This document shows positions 33,967-47,200 of a stretch of 64,000 nucleotides of DNA, one piece after another. This stretch comes from Oikopleura dioica. Lineage: Eukaryota > Animalia > Chordata. The stretch lies in contig OU015567.1 of assembly GCA_907165135.1 (NCBI GenBank), forward strand, positions 744,001 to 808,000, in the 5' to 3' direction. How positions within the stretch are numbered: the first letter of the stretch is position 1; the number at the start of each line of letters is the position of its first letter. The translations under genes were made by a program, and so were the position numbers. Under the pieces are notes generated by a model. It searched no databases. It was not told the DNA's origin and saw nothing but the letters and a program-made list of their open reading frames with translations.

Positions 33967-36900
33967 TTATGCGTAGAGGCGTGCCAACGACGGGAAAAAG
34001 CGGCTCCTGGCTTTGAAGTCGAACGGATCATCCAAAATCTTTTTCGATTTTGAGAATTTTTGCATGAAACTAAAAATTATGGAAGCTTCAAAATCGTTGC
34101 CTGAACGTCTTGGCCAAGTGCGTAAACCTCTTCTTGAGTCAATGTGTCTTCTTCGGTGTCTTTATTCGTCACGATGAAAGTTATTCTACTGCGAGTCACG
34201 CTCATGATTTTCTGAAAAATCGAACGAAATGGAGAGCGGAGAAAAATAGGGATCTTACGCTTTTATAGAAGTTGGAGATATCTTCAAGCGTTATTTCCGA
34301 AAGGAGATCTGCTCGTTCGATAGGGACGTTGAAGTTGGGCTGGCGCTTGCCAAATTTGATCGCATCCATCCAGCGATTTATTTGGCTTCTTAGCACTGGT
34401 AGCTCTTGGCCTGGAAGGGATGATGAATAGAATTTTAAATAGAGCTTACGGAAAGAATCGTTCATTTGCCGGACCAGATCGTTGAATTTATGAACTGAGT
34501 ATTCTTCGAGAAAATTCCCAGCGTAGGTGGTGTACTCTTCTATGTTCTCAATGATGGTGTTTGTGTCGTTGCCGCTCTGGACCAGAATGCTAAAGGTGTT
34601 TTGATGGTTTGATTGACTTTAAGAGCGGTTAATGGCATATAGAAATTCGAAATTTGAACTCAATTAAAAGTAAAAATTTAAATTTCCGTTCAAAAATTTC
34701 AAATTTATTTTATGGTTTTTCTCTTTTTACTCACTTGTAGCTCAGCGTTCCTGAATCTTCGACCATGCTACATTTGACAACGTATCCAAGCTGTCTCACA
34801 GTTCGTAAGAAGTGGAAACACTCATCGCTCGTAGCATGGGAGAAAATAGTTGCCATCATCCATTGTTTCGGAGTGATGTCTCCAAGTTGATAAGAAATGA
34901 GGATGCCATGTTCTTTGGAGTACTTCGATTTTCGTTTAACGACTTATTCAGATTATTATGGTGATACAATATGGGTTCGCAATGGTAGAGCTTGATTTTC
35001 ATTATCATCTAGTATAAATTTATAAAAAGGTTTATTTTACCACAGCATAAAAGACTTATTATTTTTCCTCGTCGAAATCTAGAATCTGATTCCTAAATTC
35101 GCGCCTTGCTCAAACTCCACCAACCTAAAAGCCGTGTATCTGTACGCATCCGAATACGGCCCCGTAATTCTAGCTTTCTTTACAAAGCTCTCAATCGTCT
35201 TGATAGCGGGATTTCTCCGGATATTGCCGGCAATCAGGGCGACCACTTTGGATCCGACGAGATTATCCCGGAGATACGCTTTGAATTGCCGGAACGTTAC
35301 GGACTGCAGAGCTTTGATTTTGTCGTTGATTGAGTGGTATCCGTCGATTGTGAAATTGTATCGTTCGTGGTGCAGCATTTCTTTTGCCTGCTAACGGTTT
35401 TTGAAGCCCGAAAATCAGAATTATGGTCTTTCAAAAACCGATCCTCGAGAGTGTCGAAATTCTTCGTCTTCTGAATCATCCCTTCTCTGAGCTGCTCAAA
35501 TCGAGTTGGAGACGGCTCGAACGACTCAATCAGCTCGGCAATCTTATTGAGAACCTTTGGAATAGATTCACTGTATCCAAAAACTGTCAGGACGATTCCA
35601 GAGTCCCATGGTCGGTAGTCAAAATCGAGGTTCCAAGTTATTCCGGCGAGCGAAGCTGGGTAGAGATGCGGTGGAAACTGATCCATCAAAAGCTCGATGT
35701 AAAGTTTCGTCGTCATGTAGGTCCTCAGGCTTCCGATGAAAGCAGGATTTCGAATGTTCAGCTCGACGTGCGTTTTTGGCTTGTTGAAGCGCATGTCCTG
35801 GTGGTGCCAGATTTCGAGCTCTTCTCGGTTGAGGACCAGGTTGGGATGTTTTGATGTGTCGTCGAGGTGATCGAACTGGTTTTCGATTTCAAAACCATCA
35901 GGAAAGAAAATATTCGGTTCTGGAATACGGAAATATGGCTTTGGACTTTTTCAGGGCTGAAAATAATTTACCATATTTTTAACTTAGATCAGCTTAGATA
36001 AAATCAGCATTTTGCAATAGAGGCCTTATTTTTTCAAGGTGATGTTGCAGGTCTTTTTTTCTGTCAGGTGCCCAGATGTGACTTTTTCGTGAATTAATTT
36101 CACCTGCCTCTCTGTATAAAAAGAGAAGCAAATAAAATGGGGCGCCCTGGGAATGTCTCCGAATGTCTCCTAAAATAACAAAAATGTTCTAGAAACTACG
36201 AATATCCGAATTTTGTCCGGACGATAGGAGGCGTGTAAATTAAAGTGTTACCTACCCGATCAATGAGTTTTCTACCACAAATTGCGCGGAGCGCTTAATT
36301 CTAGCGGATTTTCAAAAAGAAAATCATTTTTTCAGTATCTAACATTATTTTTTAGCTTATATTTATTTTTGCCTAATTTCGAAAAAAATCTCTAGAACAT
36401 GTTTATTTTCCAAATTTCGGAGACATTCGGAGACATTCCCAGTGTCGCCCAATAAAATAGCTTTACTTTTCTTAAAAATGAAACTTTTATCAAGAAAAAA
36501 TATTGGTAAAACGCTAGTAAAGCCATTTACTATTATTTATTCTTAATTTTGAAATCAAAATTCAGCTACAAACCAACCTCTGCTCCAGCTGCCGGAACTT
36601 ACGGTAAGTGTCCCTGGACGCGTTCCCTAGACCTTTGTCAGACTGCTAAATTATCTATGAATCAAAGCCCTTGCCTGATATTATCCAGTTCTTCAATAAA
36701 CTCAGTTTCAATATCCGAAATATTATACCTTCCACCATACCAAGGCTCAATTCTTTCCGTCTTCCCTCGAAAAGTCGGCGAAATGAGGAAAACTATCATA
36801 TTTTTCGCATTGAGTCCGTTCATCATTTGCTGCATTTTTTCTTGGTCGTACCCATCATCTTCTGGTGGACCAGCGAGAATACGATCTTTTTCTTTTCTCC

Positions 36901-38342
36901 CGGAAAGGAGCTCATCGACGATTTGTTTGGCATATCTGTACGAAGTCACGTGATCCTGATTTTGAAAGCTCATGCGCTGCCGCTTCAAGATCTCATTCCA
37001 GTACCGCTGAGAGGGAATTGTCGTTTTCAGCATTTTGATGTATTCGAATAAATGGCGCATAATTGTCTTCCATCGTTCGAGCCCCTTGGGAGTCAAGTTG
37101 AAAGAGACCTCAAAATGGTTGATTCCGGGAGCTGTGTTGTCTTTTTTGGTGACAAGGGTGTCAACGAGACCTTGGCGCTTGACTTCTTGGAGGAGTGATT
37201 CGGGGCCCTCATGGCCGATCAGACTCGTGAAGTATTCTTGTGGGTTTACTTTCATATCCGCAGGAGGGTCTTAAAATGAATGATTTTATAAAATAAATGA
37301 TTTTGGCAAAACTTTAGCTTACCATCCATTTGAAAATATACTTTCAGCTTGTGAGACCGGGACACCGTCTCCATTTTGATAAGTTTGCCCAAGTCTCTTT
37401 GTCGAAACGGATAGTCATAAACAGGTTTTGGCAGATTTAAGTCCGGAATAGTCAGCAAAGTGTCCAAAACACCACTTTCAAGTTCGTCCAAAGAGAGAGT
37501 TTTTGTTGTAATAACGATTGCCATCAAATTCGAGGAGTAATGCGTGGAATGGTATTGCTTCAGCCTTTCCGCAATTTGCGCATCAGTTCTGTTTTGGCGC
37601 ACGCTCTTAGTATTGCCAGAGAAAAACGAATTATACGGGTGATCGGGATTCGCGGCCGAGCAGAAAATCTGCATTTGACGACGAAAATCACTCTGCGTGT
37701 TGCCCTTCCACTCCGAGTTTACCGCTAGAAATTCTGTTAGAAATATTCTCAGAATAATTATCAAAAAGAAAACAAAGAAGACAAACCTTTGAGCTCCCTG
37801 GAAACCGAGGATGCTTTCAAATTTGGGCTGACAATGAAGTCAGTCAGTCTCTTGACTCCTTCAATTATGTGTGGTCCTGGGACAAGATCGAAGTAGTACG
37901 TCGTTTTGGTGAAAGCTGTGGCTGCATTGTGGCGACCGCCTTTCGACTTCATGAATTTCGCGAAATCCTGCTCGCCTGGGTAGTTTTCTGATCCGAGGAA
38001 GACCGAGTGCTCCAGGAAATGAGCCATTCCGTACATGTCCCTAAACAAAATTTATTCCTTGTTGATGTCCATCCTGTACCTTGGGTCCTCAAGAGAACCA
38101 CCATTGATGCCCAAATAAACCACATCTTTCGGCGCTTGGTCATCTTTAATCAAAATCACCTGCATTCGATTCCCCAAGACGAGAAATCTGTAGTCTCTCT
38201 TGTCATCCACCGGCTTCCCAATGTCATTCTTTCTCTCTAGAACCGCAGGAATATTTGAAAAATCGCGGATGGAAGAAACAGCAATCGTAGCTGAAACAAA
38301 AAACCAAAGGAGCAACATTGCCCATCTGCAGATGTTGAGCAT
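33967..38342 (-). CDS. Insulinase-family (M16A) zinc metallopeptidase, IDE/nardilysin-like, with N-terminal hydrophobic signal
   Basis: DKRDYR, GSLEDP, GMAHFLEHSVFLGSENYP, NAAT, AVNSEW, HPYNSF..GN, HYSSNLM, LIGHEGPESL, EPWYG, FRIPEPNIFFP, DMRFNKPK, LRTVRQLGYVVK and a C-terminal DFKARSRFFP, colinear with IDE along the whole length. Confidence 0.92.
36139..36450. mobile_element. MITE with 8-bp TSD (AATAAAAT), hAT-like, inside the insulinase intron
   Basis: GGGCGCCCTGGGAATGTCTCCGAATGTCTCC...GGAGACATTCGGAGACATTCCCAGTGTCGCCC; AATAAAAT at 36131-36138 and 36451-36458. Confidence 0.8.
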
Positions 38343-39145
38343 GTCGTACTCTTTATGTGGCTTTTCTTTTCTTGTTCAAAAATATTTTTTGATTCTGAAC
38401 GTAAAACGAAAAATTCGAACAGTCCCAAAAATCTTTTGCTGAACCACAAGTCTCACATTATTCGAAATTTTCTCTTCTTTTGGTGAAATCTAAAAAGCAT
38501 TTATTCCTTAAAGAACTCTGAATTCTTACCCTTGTTAGATTTTTCTCTGAAAGCTCAAGCTGCTTCTTGTCGAGCAAGTCGCCCATTTTGCTCCATGAAT
38601 TCAGCTTCCCGCGGTGCAGTTTTGAATTGAAATGCGTCCTCCAGCTGAGAGCCTCTCGGTCCCATAAAATAACCCTCCTTTGATACAGAAGACCTCACAC
38701 AGTTTCTTTCAATTCGAAGCTTCAATTTCTTTTTCTGATAGATTCAGGGCATTCTCTTTCTCTGCAGCTCAGCGTTTGAGTGGAATCATTAGATCAAACC
38801 CGCATAGACCTAGTTCAAGTGGAGCGAAATAAATGCAATTTGTATCAAATAGGTAAGGTCACTGAACCAAGGCAGGCTGACATCAGCCCTTTTCTTCGCC
38901 GCGGTGCCGCGAATCTCGATAAATGATCCAAAAACTGTCAAGATCGCTTTGCGTCAGAATTTTGATTTCGTATTCTTCAAAATATACTACAGTAAAAATT
39001 AAATCATTTACTTTTATCGAAAATTTTGGCTAAGATGAAATTTAGATAAAAATCCAAATAATTTCAGAAAGCAAATATTACCGTGTTCAAATATTATCCG
39101 CTCATCAGGACCCTCCTGCTTTTTCTCACTTTTTTCGTAAGAGAA

Positions 39146-40617
39146 AATGACAAGTTTCCTGATCGATGGAAAGTATGCTGATATTGACGAATCTGCATTT
39201 GAAAGTTTACGGGGAGTAACAAAAGCTCGTGACACAGAGACAGGGGATGATGTGATGATAAAGGGCTACATGTCATTTCGAAGCCGCAATATGAAGGAAT
39301 CAAGGAAGAAGCTGAGAAGTTAAAAAGCCTTGATCATCCAAACATTGTCAAGTTCATCGAATTTATCGATCGTTGTACTCCTGAATGGTCTTTTGGGCCG
39401 ATGTGCTTCATAATAATGGAATTTTGCTCTAACGGAAATTTATCAGATTTGATTGAAAGAAGAAAACTTGCAAATGAGCTTGTATCTCTCGAAGAGGCGA
39501 AAATTATGGGCTTACAGCTAGTTAAAGCACTGAGCTTCTGCCATGAAAAGATGATTGTACATCAGGATCTTAAGCCTTCAAATATCTTTGTCGACGCTGA
39601 TGGAAAGACGGTTAGTATATATTTGAGCGATATAAGTTGCAAATCTTATCTAGCTAAAAATTGGTGATTTTGGTAGTGCATCAACTGTTCAATCTGTTGT
39701 CCTCACTGCACGGACTGAGAGTTCTGGTGTCAAGAATACTCCTCTTTATGCTCCACCAGAGACTTTTGAAGGGGATGGTATTACAAAATCTGCAAGACTT
39801 GATGTCTGGGGTATCGGAATCGTCTTGCAAGAGCTGATAACTTTTGAACATCCATTCGGACGGATTAATGGGAAAACTCCAACGAAAAATCAGGAAGACA
39901 TAAGTAAAAATTCTGAATGAGTCGGTCTTCTATATTTTTTTAGTTGCAAATATTCGTTCTGGCTCGCGAACTCTGATTTCAGAAGTTCGTGGGGAAGAAA
40001 ACGAGTTTGGTGAATTCGAAATTTTGCTTGCATCTTGTCTCAACACTGACAAGGCTGAACGGCCCCAAAATGCCATGGTTCTTCAAACACATGAACCTTT
40101 TCTTCAAATTTTTCAAGAATCAGTTTGTCACTCTGAATCTTGCGATGAAAGCAAAGAGCCAGAAGACATTATCAAGAAGCTTCAGACGGAAAATAGCTTT
40201 AATCGACCGAATCGAATATCTAGACTCTAGATTCAAGATTCTAGACTCTAGATTCTAGAGACAGAAAATAAGGCGACAAGAGATTATAGAGAGCAGCAAG
40301 ACCGGGAGATGAAAAAACTACGAGACGTAAGTGTTGGTTTTGGAATCATGTTCGCATGTTTTAAGGATCTCAGCAGTCTGCAGGCGTCCGTCACCTATAT
40401 AAAAAATCATAAAAGCTTAGAAATGTGGGACCTTGATGATCAAATTGGAATGTTTAATGGTGCTGGTTTTTATTATGGCCCTGATGACTCCAAAGTTCGG
40501 CAAACCATGAATGATCATCAACTTAGTCAAGTTCTTAGATTGCTCAGTATTGGTGGAGCCGTAAACATAAAGGAATTGAATTTTAATCAAATAAAAAGTA
40601 TCAATTTCCCTTTTTGA
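39146..40617 (+). pseudogene. NEK-like HQD Ser/Thr kinase with a frameshift in the N-lobe, plus a C-terminal tail
   Basis: VMIK frame shifts near 39275 into EEAEKLKSLDHPNIVKF...IIMEFCSNGNL...CHEKMIVHQDLKPSNIFV|LKIGDFG...YAPPE...DVWGIG...HPF...SCLNTDKAERP; no Gly-rich loop. Confidence 0.65.
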
Positions 40618-41266
40618 AAACAACGCTTTAGTTTTTTATTAAAACATCAAATATCAAAAGATCAAAACTCGAATCTAGATAGACACTCATTTCAACCGAA
40701 AGATACAATATGGGGATTGGAAAATGGAATTTATTGCAGGAAGTTATGCAAAGAAAGAAAAACTGTGCTCTAAAAAGATCCTCATCATTATTTACGAATA
40801 ACCAATGGAGGTGTGCAAAATTTCGTGTGCATCGTCTTCATATCTTAAGGTGTCACAAAATATCATGCGAGAATCGATCAGATTGATTGGCAAGACGGTG
40901 AAGTTCATGATGACGAGGAAATGATAAGTAAAACTCAAAATGGTAAAGAGGTAATGAAAGTGAAAACGGAAAATGTCGGAACAATTCGCTATAATCTTTC
41001 TCCGGTTGAGCCAGTGGCTTTCCATCGATCCCCTTTTTTCAATAGTTTTTGAAATAAATATTGCTTATATAAATTTCTCGATGTTATACTCATTTTTATG
41101 AAATAATAATTAGTTGAGTTTTGTTTTGTTTATTGGGTTTCCTTTGTCAATCATGAAAACAAAAGTTTATACAGAACAGAAAGTAAGTTTTTGTCATTGA
41201 TTTGTACATTTTCGTAAGCTGGGCAAAGTGAAGAAATTCTTGGCATAAATATTTTCAAACAGTGTT

Positions 41267-44200
41267 TCAAACTTCAACATCTCCACGGTGCAGCAGCGGT
41301 TGTCGGAAATTCGAAGACGAGTTCAAATTATGAGACGAGATATCGTTCTGGTTCGGTGGTCTGTACTCGAATTCGCCTCTTGAAGGATCGAAGCCTGGGT
41401 AGTTTCCATTGTTTGAAAGCTTTGGGATGGTTCCAGTGGGAGTGTAGACGCTTCGTTGTCCCAAATGGTTCGGGTTGACAATCATCTGCTGCCCCATTTG
41501 CTGGGCCGGAATCATGTGCGTCGGGTAGTGAAACTGAGGTGGAGGATATTGCATTTGCTGGAGCGTGCTTTGATCCGCCATCGATCCCTTCGGAAGCTGC
41601 GAGAGTTGCGATTCATCCGTCGTGTAAGTCATTTGAACACAGTCGGGCACGGGTCGAAGAGTGTGCTGGAAATCAGCGCGAGAATGGAGTGGAGCAGAAC
41701 TCCAGAAGAACTCGGCACCGTGTGATTTTTCGCCGTGATCGCGGAGGCCGAAGTTGGATAGGACGCTTTTGCAGCCACGCTGAGCCTGAAAAGAGGAGAT
41801 TTAGGATCGTTGAAATCAAGGAAGAGTCATTTTTCCAAAAATTTCTTATTTTAAAATTGTCCATCTTGCCAATTCTTACCTTGATATTGCAAAGGCAATG
41901 ATAAATAAAGCTGGCCACAGCATGGAAAATCGCAATCGCAGCCAGAAAGATCGCGACAGTTTCATCCCCGTTTCCTTCTCCTTGAGCATAGTAGAGCAGA
42001 ATCAATCCCCATTCGCAGGACAGCAGCACTGTCAGCAAGCCAACCCAAAGCAGCGTGGATCTAAAAGAAGCGGTTTTTTATTTTGGATATTATCAATGAC
42101 AATATTGAGCCGCGAAAGAGGGGAAGCGCGATCGGATACGCGCAAGTTGTTACACGCATAATCAGTTGTAAACTACACGTGAGCGAGAGAGTCAGAATAT
42201 CGATTTTTGTACAAATTCACCAGCAGCGGCATGGATTTCTAAAAACGTGGGTCCAAAGAGAGAAAATTTTAGATCTGATTTATCTTATTCTGAACATGAC
42301 ACGTGACTTGGTCGAATTGATTTGGAGCGGAGGTATTAAGTGGCACTTGTGATTAGCCAGAAAAATTATATGAATAGGCAATGACTGGAATTAAGGGGGT
42401 AGACGTCGTTAAAGACGATTTTCAAGCTGATTTAAAGTGTTGGCACGAAAACCTGTGTAGAAAACCTGAGTCAGGGAACGCAAAAAGAGACTTTCATAAA
42501 AGATTTTTTCGGACCCTAACTCAGGTTTTCTACACAGGCTCTGACCCAAATTCTTAGTTTTGGGTCGAAAAAATCACTGGAAAGAGCCACGTTCTGAGTG
42601 AAATCGAAATTCCCCGAAATCTGTTTCGGACTCATTCCTCCTCTATCCGGTTATTTTCGGCTCAGTCTCTGCCCGGTCATTTTCTCCTCTCTCTCTCTCT
42701 TTAGAAATCCCTGGCCTGCAGCCAGCGAGCCTGAGTGTCCGTCTAACCCAAAAGCTCGTCATGCAAAAACAAAATTATAAAAAAAATTCTCAGATGTGAA
42801 AACATAAACAGAATTTTTCGCCGATAAGAAAAATTTCGGCTCGATTTCGCAACGTGCTCTAGAGCTGCTCTCAAGTTGAGAGTCTCAACGCGGCAATTAA
42901 GTCTTGAGAGCCGCGTTTTTTTAATAAAAATTCTGCCCAAAAAAATGGAGAGTCGAGTTGTCTTAGAGTTGCGATAAGAAGCTCTACGTCCGGGCTTGTG
43001 TGTGTTGTCACCCGCTGCGCGTTATCAGCGCAAGGAGACGCGCGAAATTGTAACGTTCTCGATCTCTGATCGCACTCGCTGAGGTGTAATTTTGAGTTTT
43101 AGAGTTTCGTTTGAGAGGTCTTATAAAATGACAGCTAGCTTCTTTTGGCGAAGGGGGCGAACTTACCGAATTTGTTGAACATGGAGCTGGTACTCCGGAT
43201 TGTCTCGCAGTCGTGTCGCGCTGAAGAGGATCAGGAGCATTGAAAGTGAGGCGAGAATCACGGCTGGACCCGCAGCTGACCAAGTGAATGAGATTGACTC
43301 GCCGGCGAAGCATCTGAAAGGAAAAAATTTTAGGTTTTTATATTTTTGCTTTCTAGCTTACGATATTAATTCATTTTCTAAAGAGCTTTTAATTCACTTT
43401 ATTTCTAGACAAAAAAGTCTAATTTGATACTGTATGAATGCTTTTATGGTTTCTTGGATTCCTGAGAAGCAAAATCAGCGTCAGAATACTGCACCATAAA
43501 GATTTAAAGGCTCTCCAAATTTCGAATTGGCGAACTGCCACTCTTCAATTGAGCGCAGAAAATTTAAGAGAGTAATATAAAGTATCAACAAAAATTTAAC
43601 TCGTTCCCATTTCCGCGCGTTATTCATCATAAATGACGACTTTTCTTTCTCGTTTTCGAGAATCTGGGCAGCGGATCAAAAAGCACTGACCTTTCGCACG
43701 AGTCAGTGGATGTGGTCAGGCTAAACAACATTTTCGAAAATGAGGCGAATTTTTGGCTTCTTTTTGAAAATGGAGAAATTTACGCCACAGTGGTTGACAA
43801 AGGGGAAAGTGTTGTGAATATAAGCATAAATATATATTGAATTCGGATAATTGATATGGCTAAAATAGACGAGCGGAGGGGAGAATGATTCGATTTTTTT
43901 TCTTGAGTCATGTGAAAATAAAATTAACGGGCTGGAGACCGTTAAAATCACTTTTGCGGCTTCGATTTTGACTTGGCTTATTATTGAAGATCCTTCAGAC
44001 CCTGACTCAGGTTTTCTACACAGGTTTTCGAGCCATGTTTTTAACATTGTGAACCAAAGATTAGATGGCTCTGATTTTGAGGCTGAAAGTTTTCAAAAGC
44101 ATAGTTTTCTAAAGCAGACAAAAAAAGAAGCCTGAAATTAACAATTAGAATGAGCTAACTTTGAAAATGTGGGAAATGGGCGACCGCGCGGCGGCTCAAT

Positions 44201-47200
44201 AATAAGCGACCGGTGATGGGTTAATTTAATCCCTGACAAGAACTAACGATTCATCTTTTACTTCAGGCACTCGGTTAAATTACGCGCCCGGCCACTTTTC
44301 CGAGTTATCGCATTTCGTTTTCTGACGATTCGATTCATTTTTTGAACGAAGAAGAAATCAAAGTCGATCTCCGAAGCTGTCATTTTCGGACCAAAAACAT
44401 GGTTGTTTTTTGGCTAAAAGGACATTTCCTCCGATCATGAAGATATGTTGGTGGTCGGCAGATTAGCTTTGATATTGTTTCTGAGGCTTAGGTTTTTTTT
44501 CAGTCAGACGGAATCGTGTAAATAGAAAAATAAATCCGCCCTGGTACGAACTACGGAGGCCAGATTTAAATTGTTGATGGTTGGTTTCCGTTTCGCGAAA
44601 ATCGTGAAAATCGTTAAAACAACGTCGCGAAATGGATCGTCAATAATTGGTACAGATAACTTTGGAACCGGCGAAAAAACGGGCTGAGCCCTTTTGGAGA
44701 TGAGAGATTCTCACGATGGTATTTTGATACAAACTTTTGAGCCCAAAAAGAACGCGAAATTGGTGAAAATATTTGCGGACGCGGCAAGTATTTCGGCTAA
44801 ATGACGATTATGGCACGCATTTATGGTCGCTACTGAAATGTGAGAGCAATTTGAGCTGCATAGAACACTGCACAGTACTGTAGAAAACTGTTAAATAGAT
44901 TTTTTGGTCAGTTTCGGGTCGAAGAAATTCGATGGCCACTGAAAAAAACAGCCCCTTCAGTGCCTTTTCGGCAAAATTTTCGGAATGAATAATTTAGGAA
45001 ACAACTCTAGAGGTTTATCGACAGTTTAGGGTTAAAATTTCAATTACTTGAAGACCATCCTTTTTGATCAGTAAGACAAATTCCTCATGCATCAAAACCC
45101 TTTTCCGATTAAAAAATCTTTACTCCGGATAACCAAATTTTGGCATGTACTTACAACTTGTCCGTTCTCGGGAACATTTGCGTGCCCGCAGCTCCGAGAG
45201 TGATCAGAATCGGTAAGCCGAAGCAGGCCACGTGAAGCCACCATCCGATGGGTTGATTTTTCAGCGGCTGGGAGCAAAGAAGCGCCAGATAAGCAGGACG
45301 GACCAGGCACCAGCAGAAGCTCATCAGACACATTGTGTGAATAAAGACGGAAACAACGTTGCAGGCCTGAAAAAAGAAATTTATAAATTCTATCGGAGAT
45401 ATCATCATTTTCCAATAATCCGATCCGCCGTGTCATTTTTGATTGACACATCTGTCCGCAAAAGAAAGATAAAGAGAAAAAAAGAGAAAAGCGTTATTTG
45501 ATTATGAATATTTCAAAATCACAAATCGAGGAAAATCCTGTTTCGAAAATTGTCAAGAAACGTCTTTTTCTCGAATGTCTCACAGACTGTCTAGTAGACA
45601 GATCTGATTTTTACCCACTTTTTTGATACAAAACATTTTTTTTCGATCCAGATTCGAATCAAAAATTCAAAAATTGAAGAAAATCTGTTTTCAAAACTGT
45701 CGAAAAGGTCAATCGCCGGGGTGTTTTCTAGACAGTCTGCGAGACAAGAGGCTGTTTTGCAGTCGCAAATCAAAGATGGCATATTTCCCTCTTATTTATC
45801 GATAAATTCTAGCGCCGGAGAACAGAGAGGGATGACTTGAAATTTAGTCTCGAAAGCCGCGATATTTTAATGAAACCACTTAATTTGCACCCTTTCTACA
45901 CGACGTCTTGCAGCTCCGATCGTGTCCAATTTCTAGCATCGAAATTGCAAAAAGCAATAATGCACCACCACCCGCACTCGAGCGCTTTTGCATTTTGAGC
46001 GGTTCATAATTTCAGGCGCCGCAACATGAGTAAATGTTGCGGGGAATGTCTAATCCAGCGCAGGTACTTTGTCGCCTCTCGGAATTAGAAAACAGCCAGA
46101 GCCGGAAAAGTGCTTTTCAAGTTTGTTCCGCGCTTTATTGCTTTGCGTAAAGGCGCTGAGAGGATCAAAACAAATGGAACCTCTCGCTGGCTTTCGAGGA
46201 AAAATGGAAGGAAGCGATGTTTTTGAATTAGGGAAAGAAAAACATGTTCGACAATTTATAAAATAACACTACTTCTATTCCTACAACTGTTTTTTCTTCT
46301 CAATTAAAAGTTAGAAAAGGAGTAGTTTCTTTTTGGTAAGAATTGAGTAGCGGCTGCATCGCAGTTTCTGGTTGGAGAAAAAAGCCGCGTATAGCGCGGC
46401 TAATATTTTTGACTCGAAGCCGCATGCGGCTTCTCGATTTTCTTTTCAATATCTTACCGGGTCAGAAGCATTCATCTTCGAATTCGTTGAAGAAATCGTG
46501 ACGAGCGCAACCATCAGGACAAAATTGATCGCTCTGGCTGCGCTATTCAGTCCTCCAGCATCCACAATGCTCGCTTCTGGCAACAAAAGGCTCGCAACTC
46601 CACTTGCTGCATGGAGAAGAGCGGCGAGAACGAGGACGGCCATGAGCATCGTTTCGACTGTAGAGATTTCTTCGGAAATCATGATCGTTTCTTCGCTGTA
46701 GGATTCTTGCGTGTTTTGCCCCTGTCCGAGAGAAACGGGGCCGGAACCGCGGGAGCAGTAGCAGATTGTAGATCCTGTTTCGGCGTTTATTTCGTGTCTG
46801 CAGCTGTTTCCTTGTACTTCTGAACAACCAGCAGAGCTCATGTCGAAATGGTATCGGACAGACCAATTGACAGGCTCGTTACAGTCAGTGTGAAGCGATC
46901 CCATCCACTGATCGCTGCCGATTTTGATCAATGATCGGTAAGAACTCGAAGGCGCCGATTGATCGAATTCAAGAGCGATGGGCAGATTCGATGATGGATT
47001 TTCTGCCGGTTCGAGCCATGTTTGGATGTGGTCGAATTTGACTTCGAAGGGTTGCTTGTTTGCTCGCAGCTTGCAGCTGATTCTAGAGAGCAATCGCTGA
47101 ACAACTGTGACTGACTCGCGGCGAAGATCCAGGCTGGATTTTTTCTTCTCGATGACTGGGGTGATTTCGCTGACAATTTCTAGAAGCGTCGTTTCTAGTT

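Noticed and set aside
38520-38800. Minus-strand coding-like segment upstream of the insulinase
   Set aside because: Stops in all frames and no recognisable motif.
40792-41025. 77-aa minus-strand ORF downstream of the latrophilin
   Set aside because: No motif, signal or splice evidence; may be 3' UTR.
42290-42360. Possible extra latrophilin exon (ANHKCHLIPPLQ...)
   Set aside because: The exon ending QQIR splices in phase directly to STLLWVG; no extra exon is needed.
45577-45748. About 19-bp inverted repeat (TGTCTC(A/G)CAGACTGTCTAG)
   Set aside because: No TSD and only short partial matches elsewhere; too weak to call.
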